The notes under the pieces were generated by a model. That model saw only the letters and a program-made list of their open reading frames with translations. It ran no database searches and was not told the DNA's origin. DNA of 64,000 nucleotides, taken from the NCBI GenBank assembly GCA_002269645.1, contig NIVC01000955.1, positions 62,001-126,000 of the forward strand, given 5' to 3'. The position numbers and the translations under genes are program-made. Each line of letters begins with the position of its first letter. Positions within the stretch are counted from its first letter, which is position 1. Source of the DNA: Macrostomum lignano (lineage: Eukaryota). This document shows positions 12,415-23,994 of this stretch, piece after piece.

Positions 12415-15400
12415 ATACCATCAGTATTTGATGGCCAGCTGTCTAACACTGTTAGCTCCTCTTCAGAAAGTTCCGCGGTGCAACATGGACTCGTATTATG
12501 GTGATAGTTGTCCAATTCAAGACTTGCAAAAATTTTTCATGCGTCTTAGTTGCACAATCAGTAGGACTTGCTTGACAGATATAAAATAATTGCTACTGCT
12601 CATCTGCCAATAGACTCCAAACTCTCCTTCTAGAGAATCGCTCTGAAAATTCCCTAGTAGAACATAGGAAATATCAGGATCCGAGAGCAGATCTTTGCAA
12701 AAGTCCACCATGCCACGCAAAGAATACAAAAAAGCCAACTTAGTCTCAGCTGTGAGACATCGGTAGCAGGCGTGCCCTTTTCCACACTGTGACTATTCAA
12801 TAGACTTGGCAAAATCTTTTAAAAACCTGGTGTTGTTGTCATGAACAGAAAAAATAGGTCTCCTGCTGGGATCATTAAATCAAACATATAGATCTGGATT
12901 CTTGCAGTTCACTATGTTCCACAACTTTAAAATGGTCTCCACAAAGCTAGCAGTTTCACAATGACTGTCGCACTTAAGTGCAGCTGCCATTTTTTCATCA
13001 AAAACTTGCAAAGCTAGACTTACTTTTGTTTTTTGAATGCTAGATGGGTAGCAAGCTTTGAAGGTTAGACCAGATCGCTTTACAATATGATTTTCTTTGC
13101 TTTTGTATACTCTGATCAAATTGTTCCACTTGCCGATATAGTCTGTCCATTGCTTGGTACACGGAGTGTGAGTATTCCATCTTTTTCTGTTTGCCAATTG
13201 TTTCTAAGGCATTTCAACAGATGCACTGAGTTGTTTATCATATAGAAAATGGACTCCTGTGAGGGATCTCTGCCAATCCAGGGCTTGATGTGAAGGTTGT
13301 CACAAAAAAGAGAAAAACACTTTCAATTCATAGGATGGTTATTGCAAACCAATGCAATTATGCAACCGCCTTGATTGTTGATGATGCCTATGCAGTGACT
13401 TAGCTGATGTCGAAGAAAGTCTGCAGCCAGAAGAAAAATGGGCACTAATTGCATGACAAATGGCTTTCCACCAAAAAGAGGCTTTACCATGATGGCTAGA
13501 ACTGTTCGTGCAGCCTGACTAGGATTGTTGCTAGCATGTCCCATCAGATGTTTGTACCAGTATTGAATAGAAGGTTGTACATACATTTCATCAAACATCA
13601 GAACGCAATTTTGCTAAGGACCAAAAATCTTTGAAAAACCAATTGATCGCGTAATTTTGAGTACATCATTCTCCGTGCCCACCTCTCCCCTTCCTGCAAG
13701 TTGATGTCGTAGTGTGCGCTGATGAGGCAATGGAATGAGTGTTCTAATATATGAATAGGTGGAGCTACTGATCAGGTAAAGTAAGGCCAACTTCCAGAAT
13801 CCGGATCTATAGTGCTATAGTGTTATATTTGCAAGCAGTCGGTGAGTCTAGTGTTAGCTTTAACTCTTCAAGCAAGAATTTAATAGTTGGATTCTTTAGC
13901 ATTACGCTGTCAATGGTGAATATGTTGCTTTTCATGAAATACAAAATCTCATTCTCAACTGAAAACTCAGAGTTGTTGCATCATACAATAATTGCATCCA
14001 GTTGTGACCAAAACTTCAGCGTGGGTTGAAATCCAAGTAGGTCGCAAACACTAATTGGTATGTGCATTATGTAGGCACAAACAGCAAAATTTGGCGAAAT
14101 AAATAATCAAACAAGCATGTTGCCATTGGAGTCCAATGAAAACATATATAAATCCTGCTGAAAAAATGTAACCACTAAGGTGTGGCTTTTGACTATTTCA
14201 GAGTCCTATACAGAGTCACAGAAACCATTCTATGAAGATATGGTGTCGCTCAGCTGAAACTCCTCTAATTCATCCGCTAAGCCACCTTGTGCGTCAGAGA
14301 GAACACCTCTTGTCTTCACATCTCTATTGCATTCTAAAATGTAAAAACATATATGGTGGGATCTTTGAGAAAGTTTAGATTATATGAACTAAATGCTAAA
14401 GTCTAAAGTACAAATAGGTATTCAAAGTAGTCATACCTTGGTTCTGAACCAGGCAAGACGGAGGAACACCATTGAAAATAGAAGGCGGATCCTTTGGTGT
14501 CTCAAATTGTTGCTTTTCACCATTGTTGTGTCCAGTGGCCAGTGTTTGGCGCAGATTCCCATGTGATCTGTTATGGACTGAAAGGCGGAATAAAGGAAAA
14601 AACACTTGCGAATAAAGAAAAAAATTGCATATAATATATTAGCACAATTTACCTTATAGTAAATAGCACCTACCTCTAGGATTTTTGGCAGAGTCTTTTT
14701 CCATCGCTTTTGCTCAACCGAGTCCTTTGGAAACAGATGGACTTTTGTAGCTAATCGTTCGGACTCGTAATTTGACTTGCAGCCAACAATGCTGCACTTT
14801 CTTGGCATTGATGCCAACAACACAAGCAGAAAAATCGAGCTTGTCCTACGTGTCTGCCAGAAACTTAGCTGCTGTAATATAATGCAAGCATCCTTGCTAG
14901 ACTGCAGTGGAAATAATGGTATCACAAGCTTCAAATAATAGAAAATAACCATAGACAACAAAGTATCGCTCAATACAAATTAGCCAGCCAGCCTCGTCAG
15001 CTGCTAACAAACCAGCCTTGTAAAAACTTCGCAATGATTTGCCTAGTTTCCTGTCCCAATGTTTGAGTAGTCCCTGTCTCAACCCTTAAGCTATCAAGCT
15101 TAGACTCTAGTATAGATACTAGCAAATTCTTTGCAATAGGGCCTAGTGAGAACCCATTTAACAAATTTGCTATTAAGCTAGTTCACTAGGTTTAGCAGCT
15201 AGCAAGGACGAAGCATTGGACTGGCCAGAGGCAAGTAGTCAAGCAGCTTAGCAGTCCCAGTCTTGAACAAATTCTTCATAGAAGTTAAGCACTTTTTCTG
15301 ATCTTTGATTCACAAGAGCTCTGCTATCCCCCCCCAACCTTGCCGAACATATTAAATGGATATTTATTTCCCTACTCGCGTGAAGTGACTCAGAATTGAA

Positions 15401-17574
15401 AAAGTAGATATACCTGGCATCTCTATCATTCAAACAACAGCTTAAATTGTTCAAGAGGCTTAAGAACCTCAGCTAGGAAGTTGAAAAAAAAATGCACCTT
15501 TGGGTCACATATGTTAGTCTTGATGCTCTCAAAGTTTGCTCCTTTTAGTTTCAACTCTAAAACATCCTAGATCAATGGCTACAGCAGTTGCAGGACTCAC
15601 TTAACAATGGGCAACAGTTGCAGCTAGTGAGTCTCAACTGGTTGCAAGAACACTAGCTGATGTATCTTATCAAACTCTCTAGCATTCATGTGCAGTTGAT
15701 CCCTCTTAGTCAGTGCAAATTTGAAGTAACAATAAATATTGCACATTAAAGTCTTTACTTTGATGCCCAAGTCAACAGTATCATATGCATATTTGGTAGC
15801 ATTATGTATTTATACATCCACCTATGTCAACAACATTTTGCAGCTGCTCCTAGAGATGCACTATGAGACCAGACTTTGCACTTTGCATTATATTACAGTT
15901 GTTGGTTATCATTCCAACATACCTTTTGACATCTAGAGCACAATTGGTGATTGTATCTAATACCACTATTGCCATGTTCTTAGCAGTCATTGACAACAAG
16001 GCTAGTAGGTCAATGCACAGGATATTGATATTCAAGTGAGAAAATAAGTGCTGCAGTACAATACCTAGATACTTTGTACCCTTATTTGCCTTGTCTTATT
16101 TGCCTTATTTGCCTTATTGTACCCTTATTGGCAGATAACTTTGCATCTTTTAGCATAACCTCTTTCATGTAGAAAAAGAAAGCATTGGTAATTAAGTACA
16201 CCATCTTGGAATGGTGTGACTACATTGCAGGCGGCACTTTTGAATTAGGACAGATAGCATGCAAATCAGTCAAGAGGTCTTCTTTGGACTTGAAACTTCT
16301 ATTTTTTAGAATGGTCCTAATGCAACAACAAATCTCACTAGCCTTAAGCAGTTCACTTTCTGCATTGCCATTACATAGCCTTTCATTTGAGTCTTTGTCA
16401 TGCTGCAGAAATGTCTTCATGCTTGGCAGAAATTGAATGACTTTTCAAGTTCATGATTCTGATGCAAAAAAGTCTTGCTTGCACCACATGCATGTAGCCA
16501 TTATTTCATTTTTCTGCCATGCCCATTGGCCAATAAGGTATCTGTTTTCATTTTCAACCTTAAGCCAATTTTCATTCCAGTGAATGTTCTTTCTTGGCAT
16601 TGATGTATTAGGAGAATGGGCTGAAATGTTCAATAAATAGATTGGTTATTAATAGAAACTTTTCCTAAATTTTAATTGCTAATTGTTTGACTGCTGAATG
16701 CATCTTTGTTATAATATTGTATTACAGTATTACTATGCCATAGTATTAAAATTCCTATCTGTGCCTGAAAAATCTAGTATAGTAGTATGCATACATGCGC
16801 AGCTTCCCAAATTCAGTTGGCCGTGCAACTTATTTTAACAAAAAATGTGACAGTTTTTTGGCCAAAAATGCGACTTACCTGTGAAAGAAACCCTAAAGCA
16901 AAATTAATGGAATTTTGGGTAAAAATGCAGGAGTAACTATGACTGTCTTATAAGGGCTAAATACCTTATCATCTAATTAGTACTACATCTATTCTTTGGG
17001 CTGGGCATTTTTGCGACTTACCTTGGTTGGCCGACTGTTGTGCATGTATGGTAGCATGTCTATAATTTGTGCACATATGTAAGGAAAATAGGAAAATTAT
17101 TCTAAGAAATCAATTGTAATTAGGAATTTCAATTTGCATATATTTTACACCAGAACATTAAGTTTAAATTTGAGTAAAGTGTGCATAAATAGACTAAACA
17201 TGCTTAGTTTATCAGTAAAAAATGAAAATTCAAAAATTTAAAAATTGCACCTCTGCTTGACAAAAATTTGCGCCTGCCCTTAGAAATTGCATATTTTCAC
17301 CTCAATCACACTACTGGCTACAAGGGCCTATTACTATACAAGCTCTTAAAACCCAGTGAATTCTAATCCCTAAAACTATTTTGCATACATCCCTAAATTT
17401 AAAGTGAACTCAGATAAACACCTTGTTAATAATAATAGTTAAAAAAGATGTATAATAAAAGTTATAGTAAATTTATGTTAAATTATGATTTAAGCCAAGC
17501 ATTGATCTTGTTAGTTGGGGTTGTCACAGAATAATAGGCAATGCCTGTCTAAAACATGTATTAGCAAACTCTGG

Positions 17575-18250
17575 CCTCTGTCTCTGGTTCTTTAAAATTT
17601 CTATCTTCTGTCTTATTTCTTCTATCTTTTCTTTTCTCTTTTCTCTTTTGTCTCTCCTCTCTTTCTTTTCTTCTTTCTGTCCCCTCCTTTCTCTTTTTTA
17701 TCTCATCTCTACTCTCTTATCTCTCCTCTTTTATCTCTGTTCTCTTATCCCTTCTCATTTCTATCTTCTCTCTTATCTCTCCGTACTTCTATCCACTTTC
17801 ATCTCCTCTCTCATCTCTAATCTGTATTCTTATATTTATAATCTCTCCTCTCTTCTCTTAACTCTTTCATCTTTTCTCTATTCTTTCTCATCTCTGCTTT
17901 TTCTTCTTTACACTCTTATCTCATCTATCTTCTTTTTATTCTCTCCCCTCTTCTCTTCTCTGTTTCCTTTCTTCTCTCCTCTTTCTCCCTTCCCCTCTCA
18001 CCTGTCTTCTTAATTCCCTCTCTTTTTTGTCTATCCTCTCCTCTATCCTCACTCTACTTCTCTCTCCTTTTGTCTCTTATCTCTTCTCTCTCCTCTCTCC
18101 CTTCTCTTTATTCTCTTCTCTTTTCCTTTTTCCTTTCTTCTTTTGCCACTTCTCTCTCCTTTCCTCTCGCTTCTCTCTCCCTCTTCTCTCCTTTTATCTT
18201 CTATCCTTTCTCTCATACCCTTTCTTGCCTATCCTCTCTCCTCTCCTTTT
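17575..18250. repeat. Polypyrimidine (CT-rich) low-complexity tract
   Basis: Almost purine-free + strand for about 670 bp. Confidence 0.95.
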
Positions 18251-18928
18251 GAATTTAAATAATGCAAAAATTTTGCTTCTATACCTAACCTTTCATTGAT
18301 ATAATTTATAATAGCAATATCAAAATATTATATTGCATATACAAAATTACTATTCATAATTATCAACTTCTATTTGATGGTTCACTAATAGCAATATAGA
18401 GAAATTATTCTATATAATAAACAATAAAATGTGTTCTCTAATATACTACTATTAGTAAAAGTAGATTCTGAAATAGATTCTGATAGACTGAAATATTGAA
18501 CAGATCTTTTTAGTATTCTAGTAATACTCTAGTAATCTACATAGTAATCTAGAATCTAGAATCTAATCTAGTAATCTAGTAATATAAAGTAGTACTAAGT
18601 AATTTTAGTAATCAGTGTCCCCCATTAGGAAGCCAGCAAAAATGGAATACAAACTTTTGAATAAACTTTACATGCTTCTGACTTCAGCCTTTTCATCTTA
18701 GTAATTCCTACTGTAAGCCTTGACATCTTAGCAATCCCCCCTATTTACCTTGACATCTTAGCAATTTGCCCCAAGATGCCTCATTTATGTTTTACATGAC
18801 TTTTTTATTCTGACATGACACTTCTTTTAGTATGCTATAGGTGCAAAAGCCAAGGAAAATTATATTTGTCTTTAACCCGCCATGTTTGTTCATGTTTGAA
18901 TAAAATCTGCCCTGAAAGACAATTGGGC

Positions 18929-19321
18929 ATGTTAAGCAATTTTTGGCGCCGGCGTAGGCTACTGGGCTCATTCCTAGTTGCCGCATTCAGTCTGTATATA
19001 TGCTGGGCTATTTATGCTTTGGCATACACTAGTTACGTGGCTGAAAATCCTCTACCTGAGATTGTTGTTGAGCCACCATTGGCCAAATATGCCAGAGTGA
19101 ACTCTAGGCTAAGCATCAATCCTGACTCAGCTGCCAAAGCTAATGCTAATATCAAAAAGGCCAGTCCTCAGCAGGAGCGGAAAAAATCCATGTTTCATTT
19201 AGACGTGAGAAATCCACCATCTCTACCAGATGGTCACGTGTCACTTAATGTGCCACACAATGAGCTTCGCAAGGTGCCATGGTGCGATAAAATTGATTTA
19301 AGCTCGCCAGTTTCTGCGCAG
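18929..19321 (+). CDS. GT92 (DUF23) glycosyltransferase, exon 1 (type II membrane anchor and stem)
   Basis: MLSNFWRRRRLLGSFLVAAFSLYICWAIYAL: basic cytoplasmic tail plus one TM helix; donor CAG|GTAAGT in phase 0. An in-frame upstream ATG exists at 18815. Confidence 0.75.
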
Positions 19322-19609
19322 GTAAGTGCACTTATGAAATTTACAGTGAAATTTTTATAGACTTGCATTCTGCCATCTGGCATGCCAAGAAAATTACTAA
19401 TTTGATGACGAGGCACTTTCATATTTTAAGACAGTTAAAGTTACTCCAGCCGTTTACCCACATTGTCAAGATTTATCTATTAGAACACAATTTTCACATT
19501 TGGATAAAGCTGTCGTGATTAAGTACAGACTCAAGTGCTTGGATCCATCACAGTTCAGAACTTCAGACAGTTAATTTGAAAGATGATAACTGTATGTTTC
19601 CCCGAGTGA

Positions 19610-19945
19610 GGGGGTCACCTGACGCCTACGCTACTATTTCATTGACAATTGGGAGATCACCTGACCCCTACGCCACCATTTCATTGACAAGAGGGTCACC
19701 TGACCCCTAGACCACCATTTCATTGACAAAGGGGTCAGCTGACCCCTACACCATCATTTCATTGACAAGAGGGTCACCTGAGCCCTAGACCACCATTTCA
19801 CTGACAAGAGGGGTGACCTGACCCCTCACACGATTATTTCATTGACAAAAGGGGTCAGCTGGCCCCTACCACCAATTCATTGACAGGGGGTCACCTGACC
19901 CCTCACGATTATTTCATTGACAAGGAGGTCAGCTGACCCCTCTCC
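19610..19945. repeat. About 40-bp tandem repeat containing GGGTCA-NN-TGACCC inverted half-sites, about 9 copies
   Basis: Unit GGGGTCACCTGACCCCTAYACCACCATTTCATTGACAARA; followed by CTGGATCCGCC, a MITE-like end. Confidence 0.9.
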
Positions 19946-20011
19946 CCCTCTGGATCCGCCGTCGCCCGCCCATCCTCAAGCCTGTCATCCCCTATTCTGC
20001 TTATAATAAAG

Positions 20012-20313
20012 GAGCTCCGCTTTCTGAGCATCCACCCCAACGACAAGGACGTGCTCACTTACTCGGCCTACTACGATCGGCGCGAGAAATCCGGCCGGCC
20101 AGTTGTCCGAGCTGTCGGCATCGCCCTGGCCGGCCGGGCCAACGGCCTGCTCTGCCAATTGTGGTATCGCCGATACGCCGACGTGATGGCTGCTGTGCCA
20201 GCCAGCGTGGAGGTTGTGCCGGAGGGCAACGGCAGGCGCTACGATTCCGTGCTGCTCAGCTGCGAGAACAGGGCGCCTGACGGCGAGGCGCCCTACGCCG
20301 TGTCTTTTGCCAG
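20012..20313 (+). CDS. GT92 glycosyltransferase, exon 2
   Basis: Phase-0 acceptor AAAG|GAG; VLTYSAYYDRR...VVRAVG...LLCQLWY typical of GT92 N-terminal regions; donor AG|GTAAGG in phase 2. Confidence 0.8.
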
Positions 20314-20334
20314 GTAAGGTTTGGGTGCCATTGC

Positions 20335-21830
20335 CAACCCAATCCTGACTGAGGGTTAAAGATCCCCATCCTGAAGGGTGAAGGTTAAGGATCCCAATCC
20401 TGAAGGGTGAAGGTTAAGGATCCCAATCCTGAAGGGTGAAGGTTAAGGATCCCAATCCTGAAGGGTTAAAGATCCCCATCCTGAAGGGTTAAAGATCCTT
20501 AAAGATCCCCATCCTTAAGGGTTAAGGATCCCCATCCTGAGGGTTAAGGATCCCAATCCTGGAGGTTAAAGAAGGATCCCATTCCCAATCCTGATGGTTA
20601 AGGAAGGATCCCAATCCTGAAGGTTAAAATCACGATCCTAAAGGGTGAAAGTTCCAATCCTGAAGCTTAAAGATCCCCATCCTAAGGTTAGGATCCCAAT
20701 CCTGAGGGTTAAGGATCCCAATCCTGAGGGTTAAGGATCCCAATCCTGAGGGTTAGGGATCCCAATCCTGAGTATTAATGATCCCAATCCTGAGTATTAA
20801 TGATCCCAATCCTGAGTATTAATGATCCCAATCCTGAGGTTTGAGGATCCCAATCATGAGGGTTAAGGATCCCAATCCTGGAGGTTAAAGAAGGATCCCA
20901 TTCCCAATCCTGATGGTTAAGGAAGGATCCCAATCCTGAAGGTTAAAATCACGATCCTAAAGGGTGAAAGTTCCAATCCTGAAGCTTAAAGATCCCCATC
21001 CTAAGGTTAGGATCCCAATCCTGAGGGTTAAGGATCCCAATCCTGAGGGTTAAGGATCCCAATCCTGAGGGTTAGGGATCCCAATCCTGAGTATTAATGA
21101 TCCCAATCCTGAGTATTAATGATCCCAATCCTGAGTATTAATGATCCCAATCATGAGGGTTAAGGATCCCAATCCTGGAGGTTAAAGAAGGATCCCATTC
21201 CCAATCCTGATGGTTAAGGAAGGATCCCAATCCTGAAGGTTAAAATCACGATCCTGAAGGGTGAAAGTTCCAATCCTGAAGCTTAAAGATCCCCATCCTG
21301 AGGTTAAGGATCCCAATCCTGAGGGTTAGGGATCCCAATCCTGAAGTTTGAAAATCCCAATCCTGGGGGTTTAAGGATCCCAATCCTGAAGTTTGAAAAT
21401 CCCAATCCTGAGGGTTTAAGGGTCCTAATCCTGAAGTTTGAAAATCCCAATCCTGAGGGTTTAAGGATCCCAATCCTGAAGTTTGAAAATCCCAATCCTG
21501 AGGGTTTAAGGATCCCAATCCTGAAGTTTGAAAATCCCAATCCTGAGGGTTAAGGATCCCAATCCTGAGGGTTAAGGATCCCAATCCTGAGGGTTTAAGG
21601 GTCCTAATCCTGAAGTTTGAAAATCCCAATCCTGAGGGTTTAAGGATCCCAATCCTGAAGTTTGAAAATCCCAATCCTGAGGGTTAAGGATCCCAATCCT
21701 GAGGGTTAAGGATCCCAATCCTGAGGGTTAAGGATCCCAATCCTGAGGGTTAATGATCCCAATCCTGAGGGTTTAAGGATCCCAATCCTCAGGGTTTAAG
21801 GATCCCAGTCCTAAAGGTTTACGGTCCCAG
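20335..21830. repeat. About 22-bp minisatellite (AAGGATCCCAATCCTGAGGGTT) with about 300-320 bp higher-order repeats
   Basis: Block CTGGAGGTTAAAGAAGGATCCCATTCCC recurs near 20560, 20879 and 21177. Confidence 0.95.
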
Positions 21831-21907
21831 TCCGAACGAATCCAAAAATGCCAATCCCGGTTCAGGATCGACAAATATTTAGAAATCCAGTGTCATGTTT
21901 TTGCCAG

Positions 21908-22136
21908 ATCCGCCTGCGCCCAGCCCAACGGCATTCACTCTGTGCGCCCTTTGCCGGCTGAGCCGGTTGGCAACGGTCGCATCGCCGTGTGCATTACTCC
22001 GTTAAATCTGCACTACGATAAAGTAGACGAATTGGTGCAGACTTTCGAATTGAACCGGTTGTTTGGGGCCGATTGGTTCTTTGTGTATAATCATACTACT
22101 AGCGAGCGAATGACCAAAATGCTGGCTAATGAGCAG
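21908..22136 (+). CDS. GT92 glycosyltransferase, exon 3
   Basis: Acceptor TTTTTGCCAG|A in phase 2; IAVCITPL...ELNRLFGADWFFVYN matches the GT92 VCxxP...ExxRxxGAxxFxxY block; donor CAG|GTAAAG in phase 0. Confidence 0.88.
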
Positions 22137-22264
22137 GTAAAGTTTGCAAATAACTTCATCTGTTTATACGAGTATTCTTAGGCATTAAAGTTCTTCTGTT
22201 AATCCGGTTATTAACCATGATAAAAGTGTGCGAAGTTTTGAGCTTGTAGTGACTACATACTGAA

Positions 22265-23250
22265 AGAGACTAGCTGAGGGACCATGGTCCATCATGAGAG
22301 ACTAGCTGTAGGACCATGGTCCATCATGAGAGACTAGCTGTAGGACCATGGTCCATCATGAGAGACTAGCTGAAGGACCATGGTCCATCATGAGAGACTA
22401 GCTGAAGGACCATCATGAGAGACTAGCTGTAGGACCATGGTCCATCATGAGAGACTAGCTGGGGGACCATGGTCCATCATGAGAGACTAGCTGAAGGACC
22501 ATGGTCCATCATGAGAGACTAGCTGAAGGACCATGGTCCATCATGAGAGACTAGCTGAAGGACCATGGTCCATCATGAGAGACTAGCTGAAGAACCATGG
22601 TCCATCATGAGAGACTAGCTGAAGGACCATGGTCCATCATGAGAGACTAGCTGAAGGACCATGGTCCATCATGAGAGACTAGCTGGGGGACCATGGTCCA
22701 TCATGAGAGACTAGCTGAAGGACCATGGTCCATCATGAGAGACTAGCTGTAGGACCATGGTCCATCATGAGAGACTAGCTGAAGGACCATGGTCCATCAT
22801 GAGAGACTAGCTGAAGGACCATGGTCCATCATGAGAGACTAGCTGAAGGACCATGCTCCATCGTGAGAGACTAGCTGAAGGACCATGGTCCATCATGAGA
22901 GACTAGCTGAAGGACCATGGTCCATCATGAGAGACTAGCTGAAGGACCATGGTCCATCATGAGAGACTAGCTGAAGGACCATGGTCCATCATGAGAGACT
23001 AGCTGAAGGACCATGGTCCATCATGAGAGACTAGCTGAAGGACCATGGTCCATCATGAGAGACTAGCTGAAGGACCATGGTCCATCATGAGAGACTAGCT
23101 GAAGGACCATGGTCCATCATGAGAGACTAGCTGAAGGACCATGGTCCATCATGAGAGACTAGCTGAAGGACCATGGTCCATCATGAGAGACTAGCTGAAG
23201 GACCATGGTCCATCATGAGAGACTAGCTGAAGGACCATGGTCCATCATGA
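22265..23250. repeat. 32-bp minisatellite, about 30 copies, containing the palindrome GGACCATGGTCC
   Basis: Unit GAGACTAGCTGAAGGACCATGGTCCATCATGA. Confidence 0.97.
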
Positions 23251-23293
23251 AGCCAGTAATCAGTTTCAGCCCTCATTGGACGCCAAATTGCAG

Positions 23294-23932
23294 TTCGCCA
23301 GGGACCTCACCATCCTGCCATTCCACCCGCCCGTGAAAGTGCACGTGTGGCCGCTGCCGCCAGGCTACACTGAGGACGTGAAGTACTATGCCCAGATGGC
23401 CATGCTGCAGGACTGCATTATGCGAGCCTCGGCAGACTTTGAATTTGCCGTATTCACCGACATGGATGAAGTGATTGTGCCCAGGTCTGCAGGTTTTAAT
23501 AACTGGCGAGATCTGATCCGGACTAAGATGCCGGACCTTGGCACTGGCGGCCTGTCATTTCAGAACACATTCTATCGGCTAGAATGGCCCAGCGATCCTC
23601 AGATAGCCGCCAACGCCACCATTGCCGGACTGAAATTGTCGGCCCTATTAAAGCTACGCCGGGAGGCGGTTATTTATTCGCACGGCTCCAGATCCAAGAT
23701 GATTGTTAGGCCTCATTTTGTTAGAGTCATGGGCGTGCACAATGTCTGGCGCTATTTCAGCGGCAGCACGGCCTCCGTGGACTTCAACACTGCCGGCATG
23801 CATCACTACAGGAGCTGGGAGGGCGGCGGTGAGAAGAGCTTTGTGCAGGATCCGGTTATGCTGCGATACAGAGAGCAGCTGGTTGCTAGGGCGCTACGGG
23901 CCAGGACTGTGCTGGGCCTGCCTGTTAGCTAG
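23294..23932 (+). CDS. GT92 glycosyltransferase (GALT-1-like beta-galactosyltransferase), exon 4 to stop
   Basis: YYAQMAMLQDC...FTDMDEVIVP (DxD motif), RSKMIVRP..V..MGVH.V and HHYR are GT92 hallmarks; acceptor TTGCAG|TTC (an in-frame alternative lies at 23270). Confidence 0.9.
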   Translation, partial: FARDLTILPFHPPVKVHVWPLPPGYTEDVKYYAQMAMLQDCIMRASADFEFAVFTDMDEVIVPRSAGFNNWRDLIRTKMPDLGTGGLSFQNTFYRLEWPSDPQIAANATIAGLKLSALLKLRREAVIYSHGSRSKMIVRPHFVRVMGVHNVWRYFSGSTASVDFNTAGMHHYRSWEGGGEKSFVQDPVMLRYREQLVARALRARTVLGLPVS

Positions 23933-23994
23933 CTGATTGATGAGTAGCGGTCGTTTTTTACCTAAGTTATCTCCTGTCACCCCTGCCTAATCCC

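Larger units (their letters stand above)
9924..15076 (-). mobile_element. P-superfamily (THAP-domain) DNA transposon, decayed
   Basis: 64-bp TIRs (9924-9987 and 15013-15076, CAGGGACTACTCAAA...); 8-bp TSD TCTCAATC/TCTCAACC; THAP start MPRKCSIVGCKSNY...HLFPKD at 14808; transposase motifs MFDEMYV, YVLLGNFQSDSLEGEFGVY.QM, SLYFIA and GKLRHPP. Confidence 0.9.
9578..16633 (-). mobile_element. Decayed hAT-like transposase (outer element of the nest); termini not identified
   Basis: Fragments in order: W...ATCMWCKQDF (BED-like N-terminus), SFKSKEDL..LHAICPNSK, KLLDYLPLASPML, and SFWNKV...ALLVLPHGN (hAT C-terminal dimerisation-like motif). Frame continues (RVE|TRLH) across the P insertion once one TSD copy is removed. 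Many stop codons. Confidence 0.75.

Noticed and set aside
17648-18299. Leu/Ser/Phe-rich ORFs resembling membrane proteins
   Set aside because: Artefact of the CT-rich low-complexity tract.
20740-21335. GGGTTAGGG telomere-like motifs
   Set aside because: Isolated variants of the 22-bp unit, not (TTAGGG)n tracts.
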